The position numbers were made by a program, and so were the translations under genes. From an uncultured Pelagibacteraceae bacterium (GTDB lineage: Bacteria; Pseudomonadota; Alphaproteobacteria; Pelagibacterales; Pelagibacteraceae): 64,000 bases of DNA. The DNA lies in the NCBI GenBank assembly GCA_902605035.1, contig CACLBB010000003.1:30054-94053 (forward strand), written 5' to 3'. Below the pieces are notes generated by a model, which was not told the DNA's origin, searched no databases, and saw only the letters and a list, made by a program, of their open reading frames with translations. Every line of letters starts with the position of its first letter. Within the stretch, counting starts at the first letter, position 1. This document shows positions 18,623 through 28,814 of this stretch, in pieces.

Positions 18623-20869
18623 TTAAAAATCTTTACTTAACTTAATTGAACTAAAATAATTTTCTTCCTCACCGAAAAAATCATGAGAGTGATCTAAGTT
18701 TAGTTCATAAATTCCTATTTGTTTTGCAAATCTCAATTTAGAGGAAAGTTCATCTTTCGCATCTACTGTAAATGCATAATTTAAATCTTTGTTAGGCAAG
18801 TATCCCAAAGCAATATGCAGTTGATCTGTATGTCCATCTTTTATTGCCTGATTGCGTTCATATATTAAAAATAAGCTAAAACTATTAGGCAATACAAGAT
18901 CTATACCTACCTCACCATTTAAGTTATGTAAAGATCCAGCATGTAAGCTTTCTTCATGTCTTGATAACTCGTCTGAAACATATTTATATTTAAATTTAGA
19001 TGAACGATCTAAATCAGCTAAATATTCTAATTTACCATGAGATTTAAAACTATAATCTTGTTTAGAGAGGTCGTGAACCATTGCCATTGCAGCTCTTAAT
19101 TTTCTGGTTCTAATTAGTTGATCCTCAACTTCAATTGCCCCATTACCAATTTCTTTATACCCATTTAATATTGTGTGCCCAAAATCAAATTGTCCTGACG
19201 GAATTAAAGTAAGATTACCTTTTTCAATTTCATCTTTTAATTTAAAGGCTGCGTATAATTGATTCCCTGATCTATCTGCATTTATCTTTTTGCCGTCCAA
19301 TGCTGTTAAAATATCATAGTTTAGTTTCCCATAACCAAAAACAGTATCAAGTAATTTTGTATCATTCTCAATTGGGGAGGTTGAATAATAAGTTAAATTA
19401 AATGTTTCCGTATCTAAATTACTACCAGCAGATCCCACATCAGCATCATTTAGTCCAAACCTTAATGCCAAACCTCTTATTCCTTTATTTTCTGTAAATT
19501 TGTCTGCTCCAAGTGTTAGCGCATTAGTGTCTATTTTTTTTGCAGATGAAATACTTGTATCACCAACTTTTCCTACCGCAATACTTCCTTCGCTCCAAAA
19601 AAATACATCTTGATTTTCATCTGTTTGCTTATCTTGCGTTTTAGAATTGCTAATTTTTTTTGCTAACTGGGCCATCATAGGATTAGAAAAATCAAAATTA
19701 ATATTTTGATTGCTTAAGTTTTGTCTATCTTTGTTTCTTCTAATCCATTTAAGACGGTTTAAAGCACTATCCGTTGAATATTCCATGGTTCTTTTAGCAA
19801 CCTCAATCTGTGCTTCTGCTAATCCTATTCTATCTTTATTTTCTGTAATTGGAGGACATTTTCCTGCAATAATATTAAAAGGACAAACTAAATCAAATTC
19901 ATGCACCATATCATCTCCGCTATCTGTGAAATCGTTCCCAAGATACATTTTTAAACCACTTTTATTAAATGCAATTGGTCTTAATTGATCTAGATCACTT
20001 AAAGTCTTCATATTAACTTCGCCATCAACTGTAAATGTGGAAGTATCAAATTCTCCTCCTAATGAAATTTGGGTAACATCCTTATGACTGCCATGATGAT
20101 CTGCTATAAAAATTCTTTTACCATTTTCACTAAATTCCATTCCCATAGGATTCGCAACATGACTGCCAAGATTTATTCCGGCACTTAAGACTAACGACAT
20201 AGTGGTCAAATCATAAGGAGTTGATAATTTATATTCTAAAATTCTATCATAAGTGTTTGACTCCATTAAGATAAATAATTTTTTCCCATCATTACTTATT
20301 GAAACTCCTTGAGGATGATTGTTTGCATGTGTTGCATGGTCAAGGGCTTTACTGCCATTTTGATATGTTGTGGAGTCAAGATCAGTTGTTCTTTGAGCGT
20401 AACTACAAGTCGAAACATCAAAAGGAACACTTAAATCAAATCTGTAAATCCTATCATCGTCTTCGTTGCCGGCTGTAGAACGACTTGCAAAATAAATTTT
20501 GGTACCGTCTTTACTAATTTCCATTTGATAAGGATCGTGACGATTAGTGGTACCATGGTTTAAATGACACGCCTCACTGTCACCAGTGTAAGTTTTAGTT
20601 GAAATATCATAGGGCGTTGAAAGTGTATATTCGTGTATGTAACTATAATCTACTTCTTCAGTATCATCTCGATTAAACATGATGAACATTTTTGTTCCAT
20701 CATTATTAAATTGAATTCCACTTACTATTTCATCAGTGTTAGGAGTCGAGCCCCCTGTGTTTCCGTCACTAACTTTTGTACTTTGCACTTCGGTAACCAT
20801 TGCACCAAATGAATTTGCTGCTAGAAAAAATAATAATATTACATATATTAAGCTTCTTAAAAAATACAT
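18623..20869 (-). CDS. Autotransporter-like protein with beta-propeller-repeat passenger
   Basis: Signal peptide; repeated F(N/S)xDGTK(M/L)F...YxLSTPYD(I/L)ST units; C-terminal beta-barrel-like region (FWSEGSIAVG, GHTILNGYKE) ending in F. Confidence 0.75.
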   Translation of the reverse strand: MYFLRSLIYVILLFFLAANSFGAMVTEVQSTKVSDGNTGGSTPNTDEIVSGIQFNNDGTKMFIMFNRDDTEEVDYSYIHEYTLSTPYDISTKTYTGDSEACHLNHGTTNRHDPYQMEISKDGTKIYFASRSTAGNEDDDRIYRFDLSVPFDVSTCSYAQRTTDLDSTTYQNGSKALDHATHANNHPQGVSISNDGKKLFILMESNTYDRILEYKLSTPYDLTTMSLVLSAGINLGSHVANPMGMEFSENGKRIFIADHHGSHKDVTQISLGGEFDTSTFTVDGEVNMKTLSDLDQLRPIAFNKSGLKMYLGNDFTDSGDDMVHEFDLVCPFNIIAGKCPPITENKDRIGLAEAQIEVAKRTMEYSTDSALNRLKWIRRNKDRQNLSNQNINFDFSNPMMAQLAKKISNSKTQDKQTDENQDVFFWSEGSIAVGKVGDTSISSAKKIDTNALTLGADKFTENKGIRGLALRFGLNDADVGSAGSNLDTETFNLTYYSTSPIENDTKLLDTVFGYGKLNYDILTALDGKKINADRSGNQLYAAFKLKDEIEKGNLTLIPSGQFDFGHTILNGYKEIGNGAIEVEDQLIRTRKLRAAMAMVHDLSKQDYSFKSHGKLEYLADLDRSSKFKYKYVSDELSRHEESLHAGSLHNLNGEVGIDLVLPNSFSLFLIYERNQAIKDGHTDQLHIALGYLPNKDLNYAFTVDAKDELSSKLRFAKQIGIYELNLDHSHDFFGEEENYFSSIKLSKDF

Positions 20870-21067
20870 TGCTCAGCATATTAGTTATTTTATTACTTAA
20901 TTGAACATTAAATTTATACATGTTTTATTTGAAAAATTTAACTAATTTTATTCAATTATAAGCGGTTAATGCTTTTCAATATTATATAAATGTTGTTGGA
21001 CTAAAAAATCCAAAACAATTAAAATTTTATAACTAGACAAATTTTTTAAAACAAGCAATATTAAAAG

Positions 21068-21889
21068 ATGCAAATTATTGACTGTTTCATGTATTTTGAT
21101 GAAGATCTTATGCTTGAGGTTAGACTTAACACTTTATTTGAACATGTAGATCAATTTGTCATTTGCGAAGCAACTTTAGATCATGCTGGAAAAGAAAAGA
21201 AACTTAACTTTGATATTAAAAAATTTGAAAAATTTAAAAAAAAAATTAAATATATAGTAGTCGATGATTTGCCTAAAACTGTCGAGACTTTTAAAAAAAA
21301 TTGGCACCCTGCTCATTTGAGAGATCAATTTCAAAGAAACGCATTAGTAAGAGGACTTAAGGAGTGCGATGATAATGATTTGATAATGATTTCGGATTTA
21401 GATGAAATACCTAATCCTAAAAAATTATCAGAATTTGGTGAAAAAGATAAGTATGCTTGTTTTGTGCAAAAAAATTTTTCATTAAAATTAAACCTACATA
21501 ATAAATCTGAACCAAAATGGTTTGGAACACGCATGTGTAGAAAAAAAGATTTAGTTTCTCCTCAATGGCTGAGGAATATCAAAGCTAAAAGTAGACCCTT
21601 TTATAAGTTCTTTAAACCAAAATTTGATAAATTCATAAATGGTGGCGGTTGGCATTTCAGTTCTGTAAAAAGTGCTGAAGGAATATACAAAAAGCTTGAT
21701 TCTTATGCAGAACAACAATGGAATAACAAAAAATTTAAAAATATGGATATCATTAGAAGAAAAATTAGAAAGAAGGAGGATTTATTCGATAGAAATCATG
21801 AGTTTGAGGTAATTAATGTTGATGCGACATTTCCTAATTATATTTACAAAAATAAAAAAAAGTTTGAAGATTTTATTTATTCAGATTAG
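21068..21889 (+). CDS. Glycosyltransferase family 17 (beta-1,4-GlcNAc transferase III-like)
   Basis: IIDCFMYFDE..LEVRL..L...VD.FVICE, QRN, DDLIMISDLDEIP, GGWHFS motifs. Confidence 0.85.
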   Translation: MQIIDCFMYFDEDLMLEVRLNTLFEHVDQFVICEATLDHAGKEKKLNFDIKKFEKFKKKIKYIVVDDLPKTVETFKKNWHPAHLRDQFQRNALVRGLKECDDNDLIMISDLDEIPNPKKLSEFGEKDKYACFVQKNFSLKLNLHNKSEPKWFGTRMCRKKDLVSPQWLRNIKAKSRPFYKFFKPKFDKFINGGGWHFSSVKSAEGIYKKLDSYAEQQWNNKKFKNMDIIRRKIRKKEDLFDRNHEFEVINVDATFPNYIYKNKKKFEDFIYSD

Positions 21890-21914
21890 AATTAATTTTT
21901 GATAGAATATTTAA

Positions 21915-22535
21915 ATGCAAATAAAATTTCCAGAACTAATACCAGTTTTTCCTTTATCAGGGGTTATATATTTTCCAAAAACAAATCTACCTTTAAATAT
22001 ATTTGAACAAAGATACTTAGATTTAGTAAATGATGCGGTTCAAAAGGACAAATTAATGGGGATGGTTCAATCGAAAATAAAAAATGGTGAAATTTATAAT
22101 GTTGGCTGTCTGGGAAAAATAAGTGACTTCCAAAAAAGTGAAGATGGTAGAATTTTAATAAATTTGACTGGTCTTACTAGATTTGAAGTCTTAGAAGAAG
22201 CCAAAAATACAAAGTTGTACCGCGAATTCAAGGTAAATTATGAAAAATTTTCATTAGACCTAGAGCCCTTAAAGCAGAAAATTAATATTGAACCTTTAAT
22301 AAACAAAACCAAAATTTTTTTTGAAAAGAATGGACTTTTGTTAAACTGGAGAGAATTTGGAAAATTAGATGAAGCGCAAAAAATTAATACTCTCGCAATG
22401 ATTGCTCCTATTACTAATGAAGAAAAACAAAAACTTCTTGAGTCAATCTCACTTGAAGAAAAAGTAATAGTTTTAGAAAGTATATTAAGTTTCTATTTAC
22501 AAGGAATTGACATTAATAATCAAACTATTCAATAA
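21915..22535 (+). CDS. LON peptidase substrate-binding (N-terminal) domain protein
   Basis: IPVFPL..VIYFP...LPLNIFEQRY, DGRILINLTGLTRF, EEKQKLLE. Confidence 0.88.
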   Translation: MQIKFPELIPVFPLSGVIYFPKTNLPLNIFEQRYLDLVNDAVQKDKLMGMVQSKIKNGEIYNVGCLGKISDFQKSEDGRILINLTGLTRFEVLEEAKNTKLYREFKVNYEKFSLDLEPLKQKINIEPLINKTKIFFEKNGLLLNWREFGKLDEAQKINTLAMIAPITNEEKQKLLESISLEEKVIVLESILSFYLQGIDINNQTIQ

Positions 22536-22539
22536 AATC

Positions 22540-23814
22540 TTAGTTAGCAGATTTATTCATTGAGTCAAAAAAATCAGAATTATTTTTAGTGTTTTTCAGT
22601 TTAGAAATTAAAAACTCTATACCATCCATTGTTCCCATTGGGCTTATAATTCTTCTAAGAACATTCATTTTTGATAGATCGTCTTTTTCAAAAAGTAATT
22701 CTTCTCTTCTTGTTCCTGACCTTGTTATATCTAAAGCTGGGTAAATTCTTTTATCCGCAACTTTTCTATCTAAAATAAGTTCAGAATTCCCGGTTCCTTT
22801 AAATTCTTCGAAAATAACCTCATCCATTCTGCTCCCAGTGTCTATCAATGCTGTAGAAATTATTGTTAAAGAACCACCTTCTTCTACATTTCTAGCTGCA
22901 CCGAAAAACCTTTTAGGCCTTTGAAGAGCATTTGCATCAACTCCTCCTGTCAAAACTTTTCCTGAACTTGGTATTACAGCATTGTAAGCTCTACCTAATC
23001 TTGTAATTGAGTCTAAAAGAATAACTACATCTTTTTTATGTTCGACAAGTCTTTTTGCTTTTTCTATAACCATTTCCGCAACAGCAACGTGTCTAGATGC
23101 TGGTTCGTCAAATGTTGATGCTACTACTTCACCTTTAACAGACCTCTGCATATCTGTTACTTCTTCTGGTCTTTCATCTATAAGTAAAACCATCAAATAA
23201 CATTCTGGATGATTAGCAGTTATAGATTGAGCTATGTTTTGTAGGATAATAGTCTTCCCTGCTCTAGGAGGAGAAACTATAAGTGATCTTTGCCCTTTGC
23301 CTATTGGGCTTACTAGATCGATTAGTCTAGCAGTATTATCTGGTTTTTTTTCTACTTTTGTGCTTTCAACTTCTAACTTGATCCTCTCATTTGGATATAA
23401 TGGTGTTAAATTGTCAAAAGCAATTTTGTTTTTTCCTTTTTCTGGGTTATCAAAATTGATTTTATTCACTTTTAATAAAGCAAAATATCTTTCAGCGTCT
23501 TTGGGTCCTCTAATCTCTCCTTCAACCGAGTCTCCCGTTCTTAACCCAAATCTTCTAATTTGACTTGGACTTACATAAATATCATCTGGGCCAGGTAAAT
23601 AATTAGACTCGATTGCTCGCAAAAATCCAAATCCATCTTGTAAGACCTCTAACACTCCAGTAGCTGTTATTTGCTCATTTTTTTCAGCTAACTTTTTTAA
23701 TATAGCAAATAAAATTTCTTGTTTCCTTAGAGTGCTAGGATTTTCAATTCCGAGCTTTTCAGCTTCATTAATAAGCTCTGCGGGATTTTTTTGCTTTAAC
23801 TCTTGTAAATTCAT
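22540..23814 (-). CDS. rho: Transcription termination factor Rho
   Basis: [45 protein letters not shown]. Confidence 0.99.
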   Translation of the reverse strand: MNLQELKQKNPAELINEAEKLGIENPSTLRKQEILFAILKKLAEKNEQITATGVLEVLQDGFGFLRAIESNYLPGPDDIYVSPSQIRRFGLRTGDSVEGEIRGPKDAERYFALLKVNKINFDNPEKGKNKIAFDNLTPLYPNERIKLEVESTKVEKKPDNTARLIDLVSPIGKGQRSLIVSPPRAGKTIILQNIAQSITANHPECYLMVLLIDERPEEVTDMQRSVKGEVVASTFDEPASRHVAVAEMVIEKAKRLVEHKKDVVILLDSITRLGRAYNAVIPSSGKVLTGGVDANALQRPKRFFGAARNVEEGGSLTIISTALIDTGSRMDEVIFEEFKGTGNSELILDRKVADKRIYPALDITRSGTRREELLFEKDDLSKMNVLRRIISPMGTMDGIEFLISKLKNTKNNSDFFDSMNKSAN

Positions 23815-23880
23815 GGGGTTTAAATGACTTATAGGTAAGTAATATTAATATATGTATTTTTTTAATAAATTCAAGCCCTT

Positions 23881-24312
23881 TTATAAAGGTTTAAAAACAA
23901 CAACAAATACAATGGCTATTAATAAAACAGTAGGTATTTCGTTTATAAATCTAAAAAATTTTGACGATTTAGAATTTTCTCCACTTGAAAAAAGCCTTAA
24001 ATGTTTGCCCAGATAAAAATGATAATGCGTTAAAATTAAAACAGCTACAGTTTTTATTTGCATCCAAAGTTCAAAAAAAATAGAAAAGCCCAATGAATGG
24101 ATTAACGCAATACCAAAAAGCCAAGACAAAATCATAGCTGGCATCATTATATAATTATAAAGTTTTCTTTCCATAACCTTAAATATCTCTTTTTGTGACT
24201 CATGTGTTGCTTCAGAGTGATAGACAAATATTCTGGGCAAGTATAAAAGACCTGCCATCCAGGAAATTACCGCTACTAAATGTAAGGATTTGAACAACAA
24301 ATAAAAATTCAT
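23881..24312 (-). CDS. hemJ: Protoporphyrinogen oxidase HemJ
   Basis: KSLHL.AVISWMAGLLYLPRIFVYH, MERKL, FRFINEIPT. Confidence 0.95.
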   Translation of the reverse strand: MNFYLLFKSLHLVAVISWMAGLLYLPRIFVYHSEATHESQKEIFKVMERKLYNYIMMPAMILSWLFGIALIHSLGFSIFFELWMQIKTVAVLILTHYHFYLGKHLRLFSSGENSKSSKFFRFINEIPTVLLIAIVFVVVFKPL

Positions 24313-24318
24313 ATTATT

Positions 24319-25317
24319 CTAAATAATGTATCTTGTAATTAAGGTTTCAAAGAGTTTAATATGGTCTGAATTATCATTTAAACACGGTATCAAATCTAAG
24401 TTTTTTCCACCATTTTCTAAGAAACTTTCTTTGCCTTGTATATTAATTTCCTCTAAAGTTTCAACACAATCTGATGCAAAGCCAGGGCATATTACTAAAA
24501 CATTCTTAATACCTTGGCTTGGCAAACTATCTAAGGTCTTGTCAGTATAAGGCTGAAGCCACTCTTGAGGACCAAATCTTGATTGAAACGTTGTTTTAAT
24601 TTCAATATCCTTAAACTGTTCTTTAATTAGTCTAGATGTTTTTTGACAATAGCATTGATATGGATCTCCCTTATCAAAATAAGATTTGGGTATACCATGA
24701 TAAGAAGCGATAATCATATCAGGTTTCCAACTTATAGAATTTATTTTATTTTTTATGCTTTTAACCAACGCATTTATGTAAAGAGGCTCACTTTCATAAT
24801 GAGGTATAATTTGCAAACTAGGTTGCCATCTCATTGTCATCAAAGATCTATAGACTTCATCGCAAACTGTGGCGGTTGTTGCTGCGGCGTATTGAGGATA
24901 AAGAGGTAAAATTATTATGTTTTCACAGCCTTTGTCTTTAAGCGTTGTTAATTTACTTTTAATGCTAGGATTCCCATATCTCATTGCAAAATCCACTTGA
25001 ACAGTCTCTTTTTCTATTTTTTTTTTAAGTTTTTCCGCCTGAGAACGAGTATAAAATAATAACGGCGACTCGTTTGTTTTTTTAAACCATATTTTTTTGT
25101 AAGCATGGGCTGTTTTGTTTGGTCTAAATGTCAAAATAAATAAGTTCAATATTATTTTCCAGATTATCGGGTTTACTTCTATCACTCTTTTATCCGATAG
25201 AAATTCTTTTAGATATTTTCTAATATCCCACCAGCTAGTTGAGTCGGGTGTTCCTAAATTAATAATCAAAACTCCTGTTTTACCAAATTTAACTTCTGGG
25301 TGCTTTTCTAGGTTCAT
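24319..25317 (-). CDS. hemH: Ferrochelatase
   Basis: NLGTPD, MRYGNPS, LYPQY, SYHGIP, FQSRFGPQEWLQPYT, DCVETLEE. Confidence 0.97.
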   Translation of the reverse strand: MNLEKHPEVKFGKTGVLIINLGTPDSTSWWDIRKYLKEFLSDKRVIEVNPIIWKIILNLFILTFRPNKTAHAYKKIWFKKTNESPLLFYTRSQAEKLKKKIEKETVQVDFAMRYGNPSIKSKLTTLKDKGCENIIILPLYPQYAAATTATVCDEVYRSLMTMRWQPSLQIIPHYESEPLYINALVKSIKNKINSISWKPDMIIASYHGIPKSYFDKGDPYQCYCQKTSRLIKEQFKDIEIKTTFQSRFGPQEWLQPYTDKTLDSLPSQGIKNVLVICPGFASDCVETLEEINIQGKESFLENGGKNLDLIPCLNDNSDHIKLFETLITRYII

Positions 25318-26324
25318 ATATATTTTCTCACAAATTTAATTAATTTATTTAACTTTTCTGGATCGGTCTCGGGCCTTAATCCATGACCTAAATTGAAAAT
25401 ATATGGAACATCCTTAAAAGCGTCTAGATACTTTTTTGTTTCAACATACATCTTTTCGTCAGATTCACTTAAAAATTTAGGGTGCAATCCCCCTTGCAAT
25501 ACTACATTTGTCAAATTTTTTGCTGCCCAACACGGATCAATATCATAATCTATACTCAACCCATCAGGTTCAATGATTTTGTTAAAGTTAGCATAATTTT
25601 CCTTTATTCCCTTAGGGAAACAAATCACTGGAATTTTATTTAATTTACAAAATTTGACTATCTTTTGGTTTGGCAAATAACAGAAAGAATTTAACTCTGG
25701 CTCTGGTATTTCCCCAGCCCAACTGTCAAAAATTTGTATTACATCTGCTCCAGCTTCTATTTGTTTTTGAATATGAAGGCATATAAATTCGTTTAATTTA
25801 GTGAGTATTAAATCTAAATTATTTTTTTTCGAATTAATCTTAGATAAAGAGATTCTATTGTCTTTCTCCTTTAAATTCAGCATATAAACTAAAAGTGTCC
25901 ACGGGGCTCCTACAAACCCGATTAGAGATTTTTTTTTATCTAATTTTTTTCTAGCTTGATTAATTGCTTTATATACAGGGTCTAAATTTTTGATAAAAAT
26001 ATCTAAATCTCTATTTAAAAATTTTTTTAGATTAAATTCTCCTAATTTTGGTCCTTTATTTTTTAAAAAGGTTACGTCTTGTCCAGAAGCATATGGTATT
26101 AATAAAATATCTGAAAATATTATTGCCGAATCCAGATTAAACCTTTTAATTGGTTGTAGCGTAATTTCAGAGCTTAAAGCACTGTTCAAACAAAGTTTAA
26201 TAAAATCTTTATTTTGATCTCTTATTTTTCTAAATTCAGGTAAATATCTTCCTGCTTGTCTCATAAACCATATTGATTTACAAGTTATGTTTTTATTTAT
26301 TAATATTTCTTTAAGACTACTCAT
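25314..26324 (-). CDS. hemE: Uroporphyrinogen decarboxylase
   Basis: WFMRQAGRYLPE, AIIFSDIL, GAPWT, QIFDSWA, IFNLGHG. Confidence 0.97.
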   Translation of the reverse strand: MSSLKEILINKNITCKSIWFMRQAGRYLPEFRKIRDQNKDFIKLCLNSALSSEITLQPIKRFNLDSAIIFSDILLIPYASGQDVTFLKNKGPKLGEFNLKKFLNRDLDIFIKNLDPVYKAINQARKKLDKKKSLIGFVGAPWTLLVYMLNLKEKDNRISLSKINSKKNNLDLILTKLNEFICLHIQKQIEAGADVIQIFDSWAGEIPEPELNSFCYLPNQKIVKFCKLNKIPVICFPKGIKENYANFNKIIEPDGLSIDYDIDPCWAAKNLTNVVLQGGLHPKFLSESDEKMYVETKKYLDAFKDVPYIFNLGHGLRPETDPEKLNKLIKFVRKYI

Positions 26325-26590
26325 ATAATTTAAGTTTACGATAAAAGGTTTAGTATTAGATCTTGTTAATTATTAATATAACTATTTATACATATTTTAT
26401 TCAATTTGATTTATATAATTTGTCAAATTTTCCCCGCAAAATTGGTGTTTTATCTCATTATAAACAGTTGTAAATTATACTATCAACATCTAATAAAATG
26501 TTAGAATAATGTTAATTATTGTGGGCATTTATAAGAATGAAGTTTTAAAAATGTAAAAAACAAACTTGTTAAGAGAATATTAACATAAAT
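26325..26590. other. Probable chromosomal replication origin (oriC)
   Basis: AT-rich gap between divergent hemE and ppsR-maf-aroE-coaE-dnaQ, the conserved alphaproteobacterial oriC location. Only degenerate DnaA-box-like 9-mers are visible (e.g. TTATAAACA, CTATCAACA). Confidence 0.6.
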
Positions 26591-27412
26591 ATGAACGAAA
26601 AATACAATGTATATCTTGTATCTGACTCAACAGGAGAAACTTTAGATAGAATTTTCTTATCTTTAAAATCCCAATTTGCTAATTTTGAGTATGCAAAGAA
26701 AGAGTATGCTTTTGTAAGAACTGAACAGCAAATAGACAAAATAATCAGCGATTGTAAAAAATTACAAAATCCCATAATTTTATATACAATTGTTGAAACA
26801 AAGTTGGCTAAGTATATTTCTTCTACAAGCCAAAAAAGTAACGTACCATGTTTTGGTATTTTAGGAAATTTAATTTTAACGTTTTCAAAACTCTTAAATC
26901 AGAAAGCTATTCATAAGCCAAGCGCTCAACATGTTTTAGATGACGAGTATTACAAAAGGATAGAAGCAATTCAATTTACAATGTCCCACGACGACGGTAA
27001 AAAGTTAAATGATATATTAAGCGCAGATATAATCCTCCTCGGAGTAAGCAGAACCAGCAAAACTCCTACATCAATTTATCTCGCTAATAGAGGCTTCAAA
27101 ACTATTAATATACCATTGGTCCTAGATCAGAAGATCCCAGAAGGTCTACACTCAAATAATAGCAAAACATGCGTAATAGGATTAATTGCAGATCCTGAAA
27201 GATTAGCAGATATAAGAAGGAATAGAGTTGCGATTATGAAAGAAAAAAATTTAAAGGAATATACAAACTTGGACTCAATAAAAGAAGAGGTTGATCAATC
27301 TAAAAGACTTTTTAAAAAAAATAATTGGCCCATAATTGATGTTACAAGAAAATCAGTAGAAGAGACAGCTGCTTCAATTTTAAAAATTTTAGAAATCCAG
27401 AAAACAAAATGA
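26591..27412 (+). CDS. ppsR: Pyruvate,water/phosphate dikinase regulatory kinase/pyrophosphorylase (PSRP/DUF299)
   Basis: VSDSTGET, YYKRIEAIQF...HDDG, GVSRTSKTPTSIYLA, IDVTRKSVEETA. Confidence 0.93.
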   Translation: MNEKYNVYLVSDSTGETLDRIFLSLKSQFANFEYAKKEYAFVRTEQQIDKIISDCKKLQNPIILYTIVETKLAKYISSTSQKSNVPCFGILGNLILTFSKLLNQKAIHKPSAQHVLDDEYYKRIEAIQFTMSHDDGKKLNDILSADIILLGVSRTSKTPTSIYLANRGFKTINIPLVLDQKIPEGLHSNNSKTCVIGLIADPERLADIRRNRVAIMKEKNLKEYTNLDSIKEEVDQSKRLFKKNNWPIIDVTRKSVEETAASILKILEIQKTK

Positions 27413-27993
27413 AAATTATATTAGCTTCAAGAAGTGGTGTAAGAAAAAAAATTTTAGATAAGTATAATATAAAGTCAGATGTAGTAGTTTCTAATGTTGA
27501 TGAAGACGAGGTAAAAAAATCTCTTATAGCAGAAAACGCTACCCCTTTGGCTATCTCAAAAAGTTTAGCGGAATTAAAGTCTACTAAGGTAAGCAATAAA
27601 TATCCGGATAACTTAGTTTTGGGAGCTGATAGTGTAATTTCCCATGAAAATAAATTAATTAATAAGCCAAAATCTAGAGAAGAGGCTTTTGAAATACTTA
27701 AAATACTTAATAATTCAAAACATTTCCTGATTAGCTCAGTTTGTATTTCAAAAAATGGATCAATGGTATGGAATTACTCAGATCAATCAGAACTAAAAAT
27801 GAAAAATTTTAATGAAGAAGAATTAAAAACCTATCTTAAAAAAATCGATACTAAAACACTATTAGCTTACGGTGTTTATCAAGTAGAGGCAGAAGGTCTT
27901 AAACTTTTCGATTACATCAAAGGAAATCAAGACTCAATAATGGGTCTGCCAGTAAAACAAATTATAAGTTATATTGAACAATTGAAAAAATGA
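27409..27993 (+). CDS. maf: Maf family nucleotide pyrophosphatase
   Basis: IILASRS..R, LVLGADSVI, KPKS..EA, IMGLP. Confidence 0.92.
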   Translation: MKIILASRSGVRKKILDKYNIKSDVVVSNVDEDEVKKSLIAENATPLAISKSLAELKSTKVSNKYPDNLVLGADSVISHENKLINKPKSREEAFEILKILNNSKHFLISSVCISKNGSMVWNYSDQSELKMKNFNEEELKTYLKKIDTKTLLAYGVYQVEAEGLKLFDYIKGNQDSIMGLPVKQIISYIEQLKK

Positions 27994-28814
27994 AAAATAA
28001 ATCATTCGCAATCATAGGCAATCCTATTGCTCACTCTCTTTCCCCCCTTTTACATAATTATTGGCTAGATAAATATAAAATTAAAGCAAATTATTCTTTA
28101 CTAGATGTAAAAGAAAATGAAATTGAGAAAATAACAAAAAAAATAAGAGATGGAAGGATTAACGGGATAAATGTAACTTTGCCATATAAACAAAAAATAA
28201 TTCCTTATATTGATAAATTAGTTAATGATGCAAAATCAACAAATTCAGTTAATACAATTTTTTTAGATAGTTCAAATAGTCTTATTGGAGAAAATACTGA
28301 TGTTTATGGTTTACAGGCAGGTTATCTAAAAAAAATAGATGAAGCAGAAAATAAAAAAGTCCTGATCATTGGAGCGGGAGGAGTTGCGCCATCAGTGATT
28401 TTTGCATTAAAAAAATCTAAATTAAAAAATATATCAATTATTAACCGCACACACGAAAAATCAATTTTTTTAAAAAAGAGGTTTAACTTTTTAGAAATTT
28501 TAGAGTGGAAATCTTTAGAGAGTGAACTTATTAATTTTGATATAATTATCAATGCTACTAGTTTAGGTTTAAAAGATAGTAACGATTTTGAATTTAATTT
28601 CTCGCGAGTTAAACAAAGTCTAATTTATATTGATACTATCTATAATCCATTAGAAACTAAAACTTTAAAGTTCCTTAAAGAAAATAATATTAAAACATTT
28701 AATGGGTTGGAAATGCTCATCTACCAAGGGCAAAAATCTTTTTATTTGTGGAATAAGATTAATCCTGAGATAGATGATCAACTAGTAAATTTATTAGTTT
28801 CAAAATTAAAATGA
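27990..28814 (+). CDS. aroE: Shikimate dehydrogenase
   Basis: GNPIAHSLSP, NVTLPYK, NTD, GAGGVA, INATSLG. Confidence 0.95.
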   Translation: MKNKSFAIIGNPIAHSLSPLLHNYWLDKYKIKANYSLLDVKENEIEKITKKIRDGRINGINVTLPYKQKIIPYIDKLVNDAKSTNSVNTIFLDSSNSLIGENTDVYGLQAGYLKKIDEAENKKVLIIGAGGVAPSVIFALKKSKLKNISIINRTHEKSIFLKKRFNFLEILEWKSLESELINFDIIINATSLGLKDSNDFEFNFSRVKQSLIYIDTIYNPLETKTLKFLKENNIKTFNGLEMLIYQGQKSFYLWNKINPEIDDQLVNLLVSKLK

